DNA from: Hyphochytrium catenoides
Lineage: Eukaryota; Protista; Hyphochytriomycota
NCBI GenBank assembly: GCA_900088475.1
Contig: FLMG01003967.1
Span: 1-34,619 of the forward strand
DNA length: 34,619 nt
Direction: 5' to 3'
Positions 34,245 through 34,619 of the stretch are shown in pieces. A program made the position numbers and the translations under genes. Position 1 is the stretch's first letter, and every line of letters begins with the position of its first letter. The notes under the pieces are model-generated. The model had not been told where the DNA came from, did not search any database, and saw only the letters and a list, made by a program, of their open reading frames with translations.

Positions 34245-34567
34245 TTGAGAGCCGCACGAGGGAAGAGATAAGGGCTAACCTCTATAAAGTTGAAGGTAGA
34301 GCAGGTACCGAGAGAGATAATAATCGAGGAGAACTCGAAGAGAAGAGGGACAGACAGCAACGCGTGAACAGTTGAAGAGCGCTGAGTCACGCGACAGACA
34401 CAGAGCTAAACCTCCGTGTCGGAGGGATAAGTTCAGCAGCGGCGGAAGAGTAAGAGTGGCTAGGGAGTTTGTCAGCGTATAAAGAGGTAGGAAAGAGCTC
34501 CGGACGAAAGGTGAAGGGTTGGACGAAAGGGAAAAGCAGACAAAGAGGTGATGGCATCAGAAAACGG

Positions 34568-34619
34568 AGGAGAGAGAGAAAGAGAGATGAAGAGAGAGGA
34601 GAGAGGTGAGAGAGAGAGA
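34568..34619 (+). repeat. GA-rich tract upstream of WDR60 at the window edge
   Basis: Seen directly. Confidence 0.8.

Noticed and set aside
1-34619. tRNA, rRNA or telomeric arrays
   Set aside because: No cloverleaf with a proper T-loop context, no rRNA signature, and only isolated TTAGGG/CCCTAA hexamers were seen.

Overview
Eukaryotic DNA with GT-AG spliceosomal introns, CTRAC-type branch points and abundant GA/CT microsatellites. The encoded dynactin and dynein-2 subunits suggest a flagellated or ciliated organism; the taxon cannot be assigned from this sequence. The standard genetic code fits all gene models. Left to right: (1) the 5' part of dynactin Arp11/ACTR10 (-); (2) a divergent 4-exon membrane protein with a DUF1189-like TM region, an FN3 domain and a VHL-beta domain (+); (3) intronless Cys-rich type I membrane protein A (-); (4) an intronless signal-peptide-bearing CPA2/Kef-like cation/H+ antiporter with an RCK-like domain (-); (5) about 5 kb of unexplained, possibly decayed sequence; (6) Cys-rich paralog B in inverted orientation (+); (7) an assembly gap followed by a probable decayed ORF or transposase relic; (8) an intron-containing MFS transporter (+); (9) the intron-rich dynein-2 intermediate chain WDR60/DYNC2I1 (-). 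The most interesting candidates are the inverted pair of modular six-Cys receptors with C-terminal YxxPhi sorting tails and a shared upstream E2F-like element, and the TM-FN3-VHL fusion. All family assignments come from motif recognition by eye, not database searches.
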